This document shows positions 1 to 12,781 of a stretch of 64,000 bases of DNA, in pieces. The stretch covers positions 167,710,001-167,774,000 of the forward strand of contig OZ024741.1 in assembly GCA_964016885.1 (NCBI GenBank). Direction: 5' to 3'. The position numbers and the translations under genes are program-made. A model generated the notes under the pieces. It was given only the letters and a program-made list of their open reading frames with translations. It did not search any database and was not told the origin of the DNA. Within the stretch, counting starts at the first letter, position 1. The number at the start of each line of letters is the position of its first letter. The stretch comes from Eledone cirrhosa (lineage: Eukaryota).

Positions 1-757
1 TGCCTATTCCGTGGCTACCGTCTATCTTTATTGCCCTACACTTTGTTATACAGCTATCGACTTTCATGCGCATCACGTGTCCATACCAACGTAGCCTTCT
101 CTCGAGTAAACAACATCTGATCCCTCTTATTTCTAATTTTTTCCTTAGTTCGTTTATGCTTTGCCGTTCACGTATATTACTGTTACACATCCAACGGAGC
201 ATGCAAGCTTCATTCCTCTCTAGTCTGCGTATATCCTCTGCACACAATGCCCAGGTCTCACTGCCATGCAACATTACTGTTCGTATGCAGGCATCGTACA
301 ACCTGCCTTTCATTTTTAGGGAGAACCCTTTAGCAGCTAATAGTGGTATAAGCTCTCTGAACTTTTTCCAACCAGTTCTGACTCTAGCTACTGTACTTTC
401 AGAGCACCCTCCCCCACTGCTGATTTTATCGCCCAGGTAACGGAAGCTGTCCACTATTTCTATAGAACCCTCTGCGCAATTGAAAGAGCTAGTATTTTGT
501 GGGCACTTGCTGCTACTTATTGCACCAGAGCACAGGCCACATGTAAAATCTATGTTCTTAGTTAGCTTACCTGTGATCACACTACATCTTTTATGCACCC
601 ATACTTTGCATTTAGGACATAAAATGGAGTTTCTACCTACCACTTTCCTACACACTGAGCATGACCATTTCCCAGAAGGGACCGCCGCCTTATTTTCTTT
701 CCTACAAACTAGAACTTTAGTCTTAGCCAGGTTAATTTTAAGTCCTTTTGATTCTAG
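1..757 (-). mobile_element. 5'-truncated RTE-clade LINE fragment (RT C-terminal region); runs off the window start
   Basis: Near-identical by eye to 29445-30200 of the long RTE copy; ends abruptly in a (TA)n tract. Confidence 0.92.
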
Positions 758-960
758 ATATATATTATATATATATATAATATATATATATTATATATAT
801 ATATATAATATATATAATATATATTATATATATAATATATATAACATATATATATATATAATATATATATATATTATATATATATATAATATATATATAT
901 ATATAATATATATATATTATATAATATATATATATATTATATAATATATATATATATATA
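757..960. repeat. (TA)n microsatellite
   Basis: Directly visible. Confidence 0.97.
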
Positions 961-1060
961 GAGAGAGAAATATATAAAAGGTAAACAGAAATAACAAAAC
1001 AAATGATACATTATATGGAAAGAATATATTAGTTTAACGCTTGAAATAGGAGGAAAAGGG

Positions 1061-1096
1061 TCTTAACGTTTTAGACACTAGTCCTTCATCAGAAGA
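1061..1096 (-). ncRNA. Degenerate minimal type I hammerhead ribozyme motif
   Basis: Minus strand TCTT-CTGATGA-AGGAC tagt GTCT-AAAA-CG-TT-AAGA. Stems I and II pair; G12 is mutated to A. Confidence 0.55.
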
Positions 1097-1480
1097 ATGA
1101 GTAATTTGAAAGTTTGAGGGGATGGGCAGGATGGAATTTAAAAAAAATTTTTTTAGAGAAAAATAATAGGTCCATTCATGTTGTCATCTCTCATATATAT
1201 TTTCACATATATATATTTTCACATATATATATAGAGCATGAGCAGAATATGCACACAGAACTATTACATAAGATAAACGGATAACAGCATCTCAAAACCA
1301 TCAAACAGCTTGCTGGCATACAATTTTGCTCATTAAGTGGTATTGTACTTGTAATACCAGTTTGTACATCAGATTGGAGAACCACTCTTTTAAGATGCAT
1401 GTGAGACAATAACAAAATAAAGGATGGATAGGAAAATTACAGGTGCCTTTCAACAAAAGCAGATAAATATATAGACATAT

Positions 1481-2248
1481 GAAAAAGAATGAAACGAAAT
1501 TTCATTTCTCACTCTTATTACGGCTGATACTTAAATGTAAGTATGTATGTATACGTACATACATATATGTATACAGACGTACAGTAGTATGTATATATAC
1601 ATACATGCACACATATATATATATATGTACGTATGGGTTTACCGAACATTTATTATAATGTTCGGTTTGTTTGTAAACAAACAGCCCGAATTACGCCGTA
1701 CAGTGTTTAGGCAACCACGTCACCTTTTTGTTCAACACTGACACAGGAACGTCTGTATACATATATGTATGTACGTATACATACATACTTACACTTAGGT
1801 ATCAGCCGTACTAAGAGTGAGAAATGAAATTTCGTTTCATTCTTTTCCATTTATCGTTTTCGGTGCGCCCAGCCGACTAACTCACTCGATAAGCAAATTA
1901 GGCTGCTCAGCCGTTAATATGCATAAAGAAAGTATATACTTTCAGACGTTCAATCTGACAGAAAGGTATACGATGCTGATGATAGCTAATAAGCTTGAAA
2001 CTAGTACATCGTTCCTGTGTCAGTGTTGAACAAAAAGGCGATGATGGTTGCCTGAACACTGTACGGCGTAATTCGGGCTGTTTGTTTGTTTACAAACAAA
2101 CCGAACATTATAATAAATGTTCGGTAAACCCATACGTACATATATATATATATATATATATATATGTGCATGTATGTATATATATATATACATACTACTG
2201 TACGTCTGTATATATATATGTATGTACGTATACATACATACTTACACT
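1481..2248. mobile_element. Head-to-head, terminally redundant non-coding element with a hammerhead ribozyme (retrozyme / Penelope pLTR-like)
   Basis: 1481-1580 is inverted at 1750-1850; about 1540-1751 is inverted at 2010-2245; 1749-1796 is directly repeated at 2202-2248. Confidence 0.75.
1970..2012 (+). ncRNA. Minimal type I hammerhead ribozyme
   Basis: ACGATG-CTGATGA-T AGCT aata AGCT T-GAAA-CTAG-TA-CATCGT: 6-bp stem I, intact core, palindromic ACTAGT stem III; the first stem II pair is U.U. Confidence 0.8.
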
Positions 2249-2700
2249 ATATAGACATATTTTGGTGATAAAATAAATATGACTTGTGATTGAATTAATG
2301 CAAAAAGATATTGTAGAATGTGCTGGAAAGATGGAAAAATTTAGATATTCATCAAAGAAATATAGTTGGCAGAGTTCTAACAAAAATAGGTCTATGTACT
2401 AAGGTATGAAAGGAAGTAGGAGGAGTGGAAGAAGAGGGGCAGAAAGAGTGAAAGGAACAAGGAAAGACTGGGAGGTGGGTGAAGGAACAAAGAAGAAATA
2501 GATTGAAGACAGTTAGGTCAAACATTTAAAATATATATATATATATATATGTGTGTGTGTATGTATAGTTTAGAATAAAGTTTTGAAGGGTAGGTGAAGA
2601 AGTTATTACAGGTCAGTAAACTACTCAGAAAGCTACATACAATTCTATTTCTATGAAATCCTTATTTTAGATGTATAAGTACACTCATAGAGCAAATATT

Positions 2701-2980
2701 ACATTGAAAAAAGACCAAAGACTGTTAATTATATTATTTTAATTAATGTAAGTTTCTTCCACATCATAAAACATATTTTAATGGAAACATTTTCCCTTGG
2801 TGTAAGGTTGTACACAAAATGACTCAAAGGGGTAAAAATGTTTCTTGTATTTTTTATTAATTCTGATGAATCCAATCATTTGTTCATATAATTGATTAAC
2901 TAATAATTGTTTTATGATGTGGATGAAGCATGCGTTAATTCAAATATAATATAATTAAGTCTTTGGTCTTTTTTCAGTGT
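2701..2980. repeat. Decayed inverted repeat with hammerhead-like remnants
   Basis: 2701-2775 is inverted at 2908-2980; CTGATGA-ATCC at 2863 and GGAT-GAAG at 2921. Confidence 0.55.
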
Positions 2981-3419
2981 TATGTGTGTGTGTATATATA
3001 TATATACATGTGTGTATATAAATGTATATATCCCCTTTCTAGCATTTACATGAAATATGCAACAGCCTTAATATAAAAGTGGGCAATGTTTCCCTGGCCT
3101 CTGTACTGAAGTACCAGTACATAGATGGATATTTTTTACACTATTTCTTCTCAATTTGGCTTGATCTGGAGATAAACAACACATCACTGTAACTGTTTTT
3201 GATAATTATGATGGTGACAATGGTTTTTAATTTAGACACAAGGCTAGCAATTTAACAGGAAGAAAAAAATCAAATCAACTTTATTTTATTAAGCTTTTAA
3301 GGAAGAAAGGTAAAGATGATCTTGGTCGGATTTGAACTTATAGAGAGCCAGTTTGAATACCACAAATCACTTCTTCCATTGCTCTAATAATCCTCTACCA
3401 TAATAATAATAATAATATC

Positions 3420-3635
3420 TGGTTTAGGTACAAGGCCAGCAATTTGAAAGGGAAGGGAAAGTCAATTAAATCAACCCCAGTTCATTACTGGTGCCTTAGT
3501 TTATCAACTCCATAAGTATGAAAGGCAAAGCTAACCTTGGCAGGATTTGAACTCAGAAAGTAAAGTGACATAACTCTATGCTGTGAAGCATGGTGTCCGA
3601 TGCTCTAACAATACTGCCAATCCACCGCCCTTAAT
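3420..3635 (-). mobile_element. SINE family B (tRNA-like head, GCCTTTCATCC..GTCGATAAAATAAGTACCAG central domain, (TAT)n tail)
   Basis: Reverse complement of 16519-16712; further decayed minus copies at about 3230-3370, 4610-4745 and 43845-44110. Confidence 0.8.
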
Positions 3636-3949
3636 AGTAATAATAGTAATGTTCTGGTCGATGATTAAGACACTGGTCCATACATCAGCCAATGTATCCT
3701 GTAGTTGGCCTCTAGGTCATAAAGTGAGGTGCCCCCCCCCCCCCCAACTGCCCTTTAATTTTGTGAAGGAGAGGTACATTACCATATTTTTTACCCACAC
3801 CAACTCTATCACAACTTCAACTAAACTCAGTTCATATTGTGAATCCCTGTGTTTGAAGCAATCTTTGCAAAATTGCTTGGTGATGTGTTTGAGTGTCACT
3901 GGGTTTGTTATGGTTTTTTGTCATTGTTACCATTGTTGTCTCTATTGTT

Positions 3950-4130
3950 ATTGTCACTGTTGTTGTTGCCACTGTTTTCGTCACTGTTGTTGTTGCCACT
4001 GTTTTCATCACTGTTGTTGTTGCCACTGTTTTCGTCACTGTTGTTGTTGCCACTGTTTTCGTCACTGTTGTTGTTGCTACTGTTTTCGTCACTGTTGTTG
4101 TCACTGTTGTTGTCACTGTTGTTGTTACAG
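3950..4130. repeat. 27-bp minisatellite (CACTGTTGTTGTTGCCACTGTTTTCGT)
   Basis: About 5 tandem units plus partial units; explains the low-complexity ORFs on both strands. Confidence 0.9.
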
Positions 4131-5549
4131 CTTCTAAGTGAATTTCCCTAACAATTCTTCATGCTACTTTTGTTGTTGTAAAATTTCATTGTTTCCCTTT
4201 TCTAGACTATAATACTCCATATATCTGTGTCCTGCTTCAAAGTAGGTTTAGTCACACTGTTGTCTGAACAAATGTTCTTTGTTCTCTTGCCATTGTTGTG
4301 TGCAAAACAAGTTGAACCAAAAAAATGTTTAAGAAGAAAGTCTCTTTTTTTCCTTGCCATTGAGGTGAAAAATTATTCTATAAATTCTCATCTTGTCTTG
4401 TAAACAAGTTTACGCGAGTGACACGATGCGACATAAAAAACAAATATTCAATTCCTTGAAGTGTGGTAAATCTTGTACGTGTGTGTGTGTGCTTGTGTGT
4501 GTGTATGTGTGTGCATGCTTGTGTGCGTGCGTGTGTATGTGCTTGTGCGTGAGAGAATTATAGAAAATGTCTGCTCTCACTAAATACTACTACTAATAAT
4601 AATTTCACATCTTGGCACAAGGCCAGCAATTTAGGGGTAGGAGAAAGTTGCTTATATTAACCCCAGTATTTTATTGGTACTTTATTCTATTGACTTCAGA
4701 AAGAAGTCAATATTGTCTTGATTTGAACTCAGAATGTAAAAAGTGCTTTGTTTCCATAATGAAATTTACCTCAAAGTCAGCTTGACTGAAAGTTTTCAAA
4801 CTTTGCTTCTTCTTTAAACCTAATAAAATAGATGAAATATACTATATAAAATACATATAAACAAATTATAGAGCATGCTGTTTGATGTATGTGTGCATCA
4901 GCATATTTACATTTAGGTCTTTCTTTTGGAATATCATGTGATACCCTTTGTTGTTATTGTTGGATCTTTGTTTCCAATGAGTGTTCCAGTTGTTTGACTC
5001 ATGAAACACATACATACAAAATCATACAGATACATTCATTTTTTTTTATATATACAAAATCAAAAATATTTAATATGCATGTACACAAGTACGCACACAC
5101 ATATATATCGACCTATTTGTTACCATACTTCTAATAAAATTCACTGCATATAATTTCCAAATAATTTTGCTAGTGTTTGGAATATAACTTAACAAAGTTT
5201 CTTAGATAATTTATGATGGAAAGGTTTTAGATATATATAGATACTATTAAATAAACAACTTTGTATCATAGAATCTAGGAGCAGTTTCAGGTGGTTTAGA
5301 ATCGGAAGGGTTAAACAGTCAATACCATCTTGTACAGATTTTAGAATGGATTCTGCTGGGTTGACACTTATATAAACATGGAAAAATGTTTTCAATAGAG
5401 CTTATTTTTATTTTTTTTATGCTGGAAAAAGGACCGGAGATTTGAACTTAGAATGTAATGGGTTCTTTACTCTGCTGTACTGATTCTATTATCCAGTAAA
5501 CTTAACCCATCATTTATAATACCATTACTTATGATAACAATAATATATA

Positions 5550-6265
5550 TTAGAGGGCTCTTCAGTCAAGTCAAGTGACCTTCCTAGAACTGGTGCCATG
5601 GTAAAATGTACCTAATACACAATGCAAAATTATTTATAATACCATTGACATTAATAGCAATAATATTAATAGCAATAATATATATTAGAGGGCTTTTTGG
5701 TCAAGTGACCCATAACCTTCCTAGTGCTGTTGCTGTGATAAAATGTACCCAGTACACCTATAAAATATTAGTGCTGGTGGTACAGTAAAATGCAACCTGT
5801 ACAATCTAAAAAAGGCAGTACTGGTTCAATGGTAAAATATACCCAGTACACTGATTGGTACTAGGAAGGGCACTTGGTACTTAGAAATCATGCTAAACAA
5901 AAGTTGCGAGGGCTCAGCAGTCAAGTCAAATGACCGACAACCTTCCTAGGGCAGTTTGTGACACTGCCATTTTAGTGTCTGCAGGGTGTATTTTATTGAG
6001 GTCATATGCTCAGCCAGGCTGAAGAGTCCTCTACACTCTATATTGTCACCATTTGATCATCATCCACTTTGGTGTCCTGGGTGCATTGTATTGTTTTACC
6101 AGTAGTAGTCGATGGCATATGCTTGGTCAGACCGAGTCCTTTCTACGCTATACTGTTTTCATTTAATTACAATCCACTTTACAGTATGTCCTAGATGTAT
6201 TCTATCATGGAACCAGCACTAGAGAGGTTGTCATATGCTTAACCATACTGAAGAGTACTCTATAT
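5550..6265. repeat. Cluster of decayed SINE/RTE-tail-like repeats, direct then inverted
   Basis: AGAGGGCTCTTCAGTCAAGTC..GTGCTGGT..GTAAAATGTACCCAGTACAC units on + (5550-5950) and reverse-complement units at 5980-6265. Confidence 0.55.
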
Positions 6266-6339
6266 TTTCTGTTTGGATATAAGAATATAAATTCATAAAA
6301 GTTAATAACTGAAGAATTTCTAATTTGCTATATATTCAG

Positions 6340-6422
6340 GTTGTCTATCGACATTGCTATACAGAGATTTCATCTTGTGGCCGTCGACTGGATACAATGA
6401 AGATATTCGCTTATATTTGTGG
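6340..6422 (+). CDS. Exon of PTB-domain protein (VVYRHCYTEISSCGRRLDTMKIFAYIC-G)
   Basis: ttcag acceptor, GTAAGT donor, 83 nt open; PTB-like H..EISSC...FAYI pattern; phase 2 matches the next exon. Confidence 0.85.
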
Positions 6423-7274
6423 GTAAGTCTTAACTATTTTTTACCATATTTCTAATGAAAAACATTTTCAATTAGTTCATGAAGAATTTTGAGAGATTTG
6501 TGAAAATAATTATTTCATTACTAAATTAATAGTTTAACATATAGTTTTTATATAAAATTTTGTTGGAAGATTTTAATTTAAATTTAACCTTTTAAAATAG
6601 GTGATTTTGTTTCATAAGACCAGAGCTGGTTTTAGCCAGGTTGGTTTCAAAATGTTTAAGATATTTTAAGGTAAAAAAAGACCTTGTTCACTGGCTGTAT
6701 TTTATTCTTCCCTTACTGCTAAAGAGATTATCTATCAAGACTTAAGTTTTTATTCAGTTATCTTTCTATTTGGGTTATTTTTGCTGTAGGTTATAGAGTC
6801 CACATTTCCTCAACACAGCTTTTTATTTTAGAGTTTTACTTCTTCAAAATGGGTTGCCTTCACTGCAGCTTTGTTGAGCTCTTATCTGTCTTGAGTAGGG
6901 TTGCCATTACAGTCTAGCATGCATAGGAATATGGAATGAGAGGAGCAAGTGAAAGTAAAAATATGGAATAAAAAGGGAGAGAAGCTGGGAGGGTATCTGT
7001 GGCAAGTGAGTGGGGAAACAGAAGGGATATGGGATGAGAAGAGAGGATTAGAAAGAGAGGTAGTTGTAAGAGAAGTACATGGGTAAAGAAGGACTAGAGT
7101 AGTTAGTGGGCAAGCTGATACCAGAAGAGAGGATTTATGGGATAAAAAGAGGGGGTTTGTGTTAGGGAGACAGGGTCATGCAAGAGACAATGTGGTATAC
7201 AGTGGAAGGAAATAAGTAAAAGGCTAAATGGATATTAAATGAATAAAAAACAAAAACCATGACTTCCAGTAATA

Positions 7275-7531
7275 ATACTGTTTCTATGTATAAAACACAC
7301 AGGGTTTCATAGTTCTTATAAATATTTCCACTTAAGTACATTTAAACATAATAGTGTAGAAAATTTAATTTCCTCACATTAACATTTTCAAGCTAATGAT
7401 TTACAAATGGTGATTAGTTGTTTGTGGAAAACCAGGGTCAACTTTTTCATAGATACCCGTTTTTTTTTGCTAAAAACCGGGTATCAACTTTTGCATAAGA
7501 TCGACTTTTACACAAATATATATATATAGTA
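7275..7531. mobile_element. Decayed Tc2/pogo-type MITE
   Basis: Right end GATCGACTTTTACACAAATATA..GTA resembles Tc2-type termini; internal GATACCCG..CGGGTATC hairpin. Confidence 0.4.
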
Positions 7532-7574
7532 AGCTTCTGTTCTAACTAATCACATTGATACCTTATACTTACAG

Positions 7575-7641
7575 GGAAACAACTTGCAGCCTTGCCCAGA
7601 ATTTCAAGTGCCATATTTTTGAAGCTGAGACCATTGACGAT
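7575..7641 (+). CDS. Exon of PTB-domain protein (G-ETTCSLAQNFKCHIFEAETIDD)
   Basis: ttacag acceptor, GTAAGT donor, 67 nt; completes the Gly codon and encodes the PTB FxCHxF strand. Confidence 0.88.
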
Positions 7642-7949
7642 GTAAGTTTGACACACTGTCTGATATTTTACTTCCATATTGTTTTTCCCATCTATCAAGA
7701 TTCTAAAAGTAAAAAACAAAAATGTTGAAAAACAAATATTGTACTTGTGAGGATCATGCTGCCAGTCAAAACCAGACACTCTAAATGTATTTCACTTCAG
7801 GTTTATTAATCGATGAAATACTTAGTTCATCAAAGAGTTGGTTAAGTAATTCCAAAGTTCTTTAGTCACAGTCTATGACCTTGCCAATGATTATGTACTC
7901 CTTATGATTCCACTTCATTTATACATTAAGATCTAGTTGCCTTTAATGG

Positions 7950-8385
7950 AGTTGTGCTACCATTAAGGCCAACTAGGCAGCCACTTTGGATGCAATCCTC
8001 AGAAGGACACTTTACTGAACTTTAATGGATAACTTTTATACAAATTTGTATAATCAACTTAAATATATATTTTCCTGCGATCAGTAAATAAATCGCTAAA
8101 CATCTTTGTCCCATAACAACATTGTGGAAATATCCAAAGCAGTGGACAGGGTCATATGTTATGGCCTGTTACATGATTTGGCATGGGTGATTGTGGACTG
8201 TGTAGTGGAAATGCAGGCTTAGTAATTTTGTTATTGTGCTCAGACCCCAAAATATCAAAATCTAGATTCATCAACTTACCAAACTAAGTTGAAATTATTT
8301 TATTTGGAAGAATATGGCACTTAGCTGGGAGAAGGAAGCACACATAGGTCTTGCCTAGGGAGATAAATATACCGACTCTGCACTT
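7950..8385. mobile_element. Decayed non-autonomous DNA transposon, probably hAT-like; second copy at about 59250-59760
   Basis: 8072-8277 aligns by eye to 59474-59676 (CTAAACATCTTTG.CCCATAACAACATTGT...CTGTTACATGATTTGGCATG). Confidence 0.55.
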
Positions 8386-9789
8386 ATGCCATAGTATTAT
8401 AAGGGTTAATGAATCATTTATTGCATCAATTTCTAAAGGAGAGTTTTAAAGCCTTTTTTGCTTTTCCCTTAAGGGGTCAATTGTATAGTTTCTACTCTAA
8501 TACCTTATTTTGTTGTTTTCCCCACCAAGATTTTTCCGATATCTTAGAGTAAATGACATCAATTATAAGTCTTCAAAATTGTTTCTATCATATATTTGAT
8601 TACCTTTTTTCCTTTCTCTCTTTCTCTCTTTCTTCTATTCCGGCTTTTAGAAGATATTATTGAAAGGAAGTGGATTATTATGGTAATTTAGTAATATTAG
8701 ATAATATATTGACTTCTTTCTCAGAATCATGCTGGCTTGGTTATGTATCTATGTATGTGGGTGTGTGTGTGTGATAAGGATTCTCTTCTCTTTATGGTTA
8801 GCCAATTAGAAATAAGTTGATTTAATTTGGTTAAAACCTTTTCATTAATTGACTGGTGGGAGGTCAGGTACATTAGGTGGGGGGAATTCTGTGATGAAAA
8901 CTAAGATAAAAAAAGAGGGAGCAGGGGGAGGATGGTCAAGCTATACAATTTCATGAGCCACTGATTGTCCCAATTCCATTTCATCCTCACAATGTATTTA
9001 ATTGTAATCTTGGATCAGAGTGCCACCTTCACTTTTTTTATCTGTTTTCACATTGTCAAATCACAAAATACCCCCAGCTGTCAATCAAATTATAGCCATG
9101 CCCCTGAAGAGATAAATTTCATCCAAATTAAATAACATTTATTTGACATTTGCTATTAAAATAGTAAAAGCTTAATGATTGGGCAGAGAATACTTATAAT
9201 AATATCTATATAATAATTATATACTTAAAATAATTTTCTTAAGTATAGAGTATTAAGTTGAATAATGGTCTTACTAGTCTTAACTATTAACATCTAACCT
9301 ATAAATCTATATACATTCATATATACATGTGTGTGTGCGTGTGTGTTTTTATATGTTAAGGTGCATGGCTTAGTGGTTAGTGTTGGGCTTGCAATCAGGA
9401 GGTTGTGAGTTTGATTCTCGGTCCAGATAATGCGTTAATAAAAATGAATATTCAAGCTCTCCCTCAGTATTGGTTAGACGTGTTCTACCATTCTGAGACA
9501 AGTCACATCAGATGATCATGTTTTGCCCTTACAGAACTATTTCTGGCTTGGTAACTATAGTTGGATGTCCTTCCTAATGCCAACCACATATATAGTGTGT
9601 ATAATATATATATATATATATATACATATATACACACACACACTTGGCATGGCAATAGTCTATAAAATAGTAGACTGTGTGCCAGATGAAATTTGAACTT
9701 TGTTGTATGCGTGTGATATTCTGTATGAATGCTGTATTTTGTCACAGGCCTATGCATAATTATTTTACTGTCATTCTTGTGAGTTTATA

Positions 9790-10136
9790 ATACATGCATC
9801 GATCTGCTCAATCCACAAAAGAGTGGCAATGATCAAACAATCACCCTATAGTCCCGACTTAAATCTGTGTGATCGTTGGGTGTTTGTCATTAAAGCAACA
9901 TCTTTGAAAATTTGTTTTCGCTTCATTAGAAGAGGTGTAGATAAATCGTTTTGCTGGTTTTGACAATTGCTGAAGGAACGGTTCCAGAAAGAGTTAAATG
10001 TTTTGCATAAGCACTGTAAAGTTGTTATTGCATTCAATGGAGATTATGGTTTACAGAAGAAATAAATTTTAGTTTCAATATGTTATGCATTTGCATTTAA
10101 TGGGTTATTCTAAGGACTTTATTGCCACACCAAGTA
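9790..10136 (+). pseudogene. Mariner transposase 3' remnant with right TIR-like end
   Basis: 9829 onward reads MIKQSPYSPDLNLCDRWVF (mariner YSPDL motif); ends ACTTTATTGCCACACCAAG-TA. Confidence 0.7.
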
Positions 10137-10903
10137 TATATATATAAAGTGATTGAATTTGAAAATAGAAATAGCTTTTTCCGTATTTTTGACTAAAGAA
10201 ATTTTAGCCTGACAGTGAGGTTTAGAACCCTCTAAGAAATGGAATAAGATGATCTACCATTACACCAACATATCACCTTCCATTCAAATTACAGCGAAAG
10301 CTACTATTTCTATTTTAACCCATGCAAGCAGATGTAAAAACGATGATGATTATATACAGACATAAATATATATATATATTTACACACACATACATATATA
10401 TTTAAATATAACAAATTCAGATGATGGGTAAGAGTTTTTAAGACATTTAATGCTTTACAATTGTTTCAATACATCACTCAGAAAAATACAATGCCAGGAT
10501 AAATAATAAAAACAGAAGGAACAAAATATGTTTTGAACCTAATAAGTATAATTTAAATATATATATATATATATATGCATGTACCTGGATAGAACCAGTT
10601 TAACACTAGTTAGATCATTACTCAACAGAGTAGTCGATAGCCTGGAACTAGCTGTTGAAATTGCAAGAGCTCAGCTGTTGGGTCCCAACTCTTTATTATA
10701 TATATCATCATCATCATTTCATTTTACGTTCGCTTTTTCCCTGCTTGCAAGATGGTTTCAGGGGGATTAGGCGGTGAGTGCTATAGTTTTTGTGGTAGAT
10801 GCTCCTCTTGTAAGGTTTCATAGATTCTGCGCAAGCAAGTCATGTGTGTGTGTGTGTATTGAACAATGAAATAAACAAAATTTGAAGATAGGTTGTTAAT
10901 TAC

Positions 10904-11044
10904 TTCATTGTTTTACAATTGTTTCAGAGGGTTTATTGATCATAATAGATCAATATATTGACTAACAGGTAGTAGTTATATTTCTATCTAATTCTAGTCT
11001 CGAAACCCATGATGTATCACACCATCTTCCTCAAAAACAATGAA
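10904..11044 (-). ncRNA. Hammerhead ribozyme motif with long stem II insertion (C3>T)
   Basis: TTCATTGTTT-TTGAGGA-AGATGG..~90 nt..CCCTCT-GAAA-CAATTG-TA-AAACAATGAA: 10-bp stem I, palindromic ACAATTGT stem III. Confidence 0.7.
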
Positions 11045-11518
11045 CTATGATTTTATTTGTGATATATATATATAAGGAGGCTGGAATTCACGAGTTGGGT
11101 GTGCCAATCGAGGAATAAGTAGATAAAATGTGAAGAAGCTTAAATTAATTACAAAGACAAAGGGATGGGAATAATAGATTAAGAAAAGTTTGTAAAAGAA
11201 TAAGAATAGCATACATACAAATAAAGAATATTAGATAGTGAGATCCCTTTAAGAGTTATGAAAGTAGTGGACAGAACAACACACACACATTTTATGGTTT
11301 GGTAGTTTGTTGTGGAACTAACTCTCTCTCTCTCTCGCTCTCTATGAATTGAAAAAGGAATAATCAGACCACTTCAATTCGCTTGAAATGGTCATCATTA
11401 TCAGATCAAATACTTCGACTGTACGTGCAGTTTCTGAATTGGAGAATAAGTCAAATCAACCAATTGATCGATATGGTCACTTTCTTTTGAATGAAACAAT
11501 TCTAGTCCTGTAGAAGCC

Positions 11519-11551
<33 letters not shown>

Positions 11552-11629
11552 ACAAAGGAATTGTGGTAAGGAACCAGATGGACCATAATGCATCAGAGTA
11601 CTCAATCACTTAGGGTAGTAGAGTGGGAA

Positions 11630-11783
11630 ATAGGAAGAAGTATGACCCCGATGGCAGAGCTCCAGCCGTATCGACGGCTATTTCTGGACTAAATTAGAAT
11701 TTTTAGCCTGGTTAAAAATTCTAATTTAGTCCAGAAATATCTGTCGAGACGGCTTGAGTTCTGCCGTCGGGGTCATACTTCTT

Positions 11784-11788
<5 letters not shown>
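11630..11788. repeat. Near-perfect hairpin (about 75-bp arms) made of two outward-facing half-hammerheads
   Basis: TAGGAAGAAGTATGACCCCG...CGGGGTCATACTTCTTCCTA; related hairpin at 54819-54947 shares the left flank. Confidence 0.85.
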
Positions 11789-11863
<75 letters not shown>

Positions 11864-11871
11864 AAATATAT

Positions 11872-11905
<34 letters not shown>

Positions 11906-11949
11906 AAATATATATATATATATAATATATATATATATATATAAAATAT

Positions 11950-12005
<56 letters not shown>

Positions 12006-12533
12006 ATATATATTATATATATATATATATATATTATATGTATATATATATATATATATAATATGTATATATATTATATATATATATATATATGTATATA
12101 TATTATATATATATATATTATATTATATATATTATATATATATATATATTATATATATATATATATATTATATATATATATATTATATATATATATATAT
12201 TATATATATATATATATTATATATATATATATATTATATATATATATATATATTATATATATATATATTATATATATATATATTATATATATATATATAT
12301 TATATATATATATATTATATATATATATATATTATATATATATATATTATATATATATATATATTATATATATATATATTATATATATATATATTATATA
12401 TATATATATTATATATATATATATTATATATATATATATTATATATATATATATTATATATATATATATTATATATATATATATATTATATATATATATA
12501 TATTATATATATATATTATATATATATATATAT

Positions 12534-12566
<33 letters not shown>

Positions 12567-12780
12567 ATATATTATATATATAATTATTATATACAATATA
12601 ATTATTATATATATATATATAATTATTATATATATATATATAATTATTATATATATATATAATTATTATATATATATATATTATATATTATATATATATA
12701 TATTATATATTATATATATATATTATATATATATATTATATATTATATATATATATATAATATATATATTTATATATATA
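11787..12780. repeat. About 1 kb (TA)n / (TA)nT microsatellite
   Basis: Directly visible. Confidence 0.97.
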
Positions 12781-12781
12781 T

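Noticed and set aside
66-440. Repeated 124-aa plus-strand ORF (also 29510-29884, 24067-24351)
   Set aside because: Antisense shadow of the RTE ORF; it recurs only because the LINE recurs.
3583-4151. Cys/His-rich, Thr-rich and Leu-rich ORFs resembling metallothionein or mucin
   Set aside because: All arise from one 27-bp minisatellite read in different frames; no splice or homology support.
7780-7837. Weak hammerhead-like strings at 7780-7837 (-), 10160-10316, 11405-11437 (-), 50531-50600 and 50890-50905
   Set aside because: Core mutated, half missing or stem I register unconvincing; not counted, although some may be decayed members.
8651-8682. Possible exon after a long pyrimidine tract
   Set aside because: 32 nt breaks the frame between exons 7575-7641 and 25146-25170, and the PTB sequence is continuous without it.
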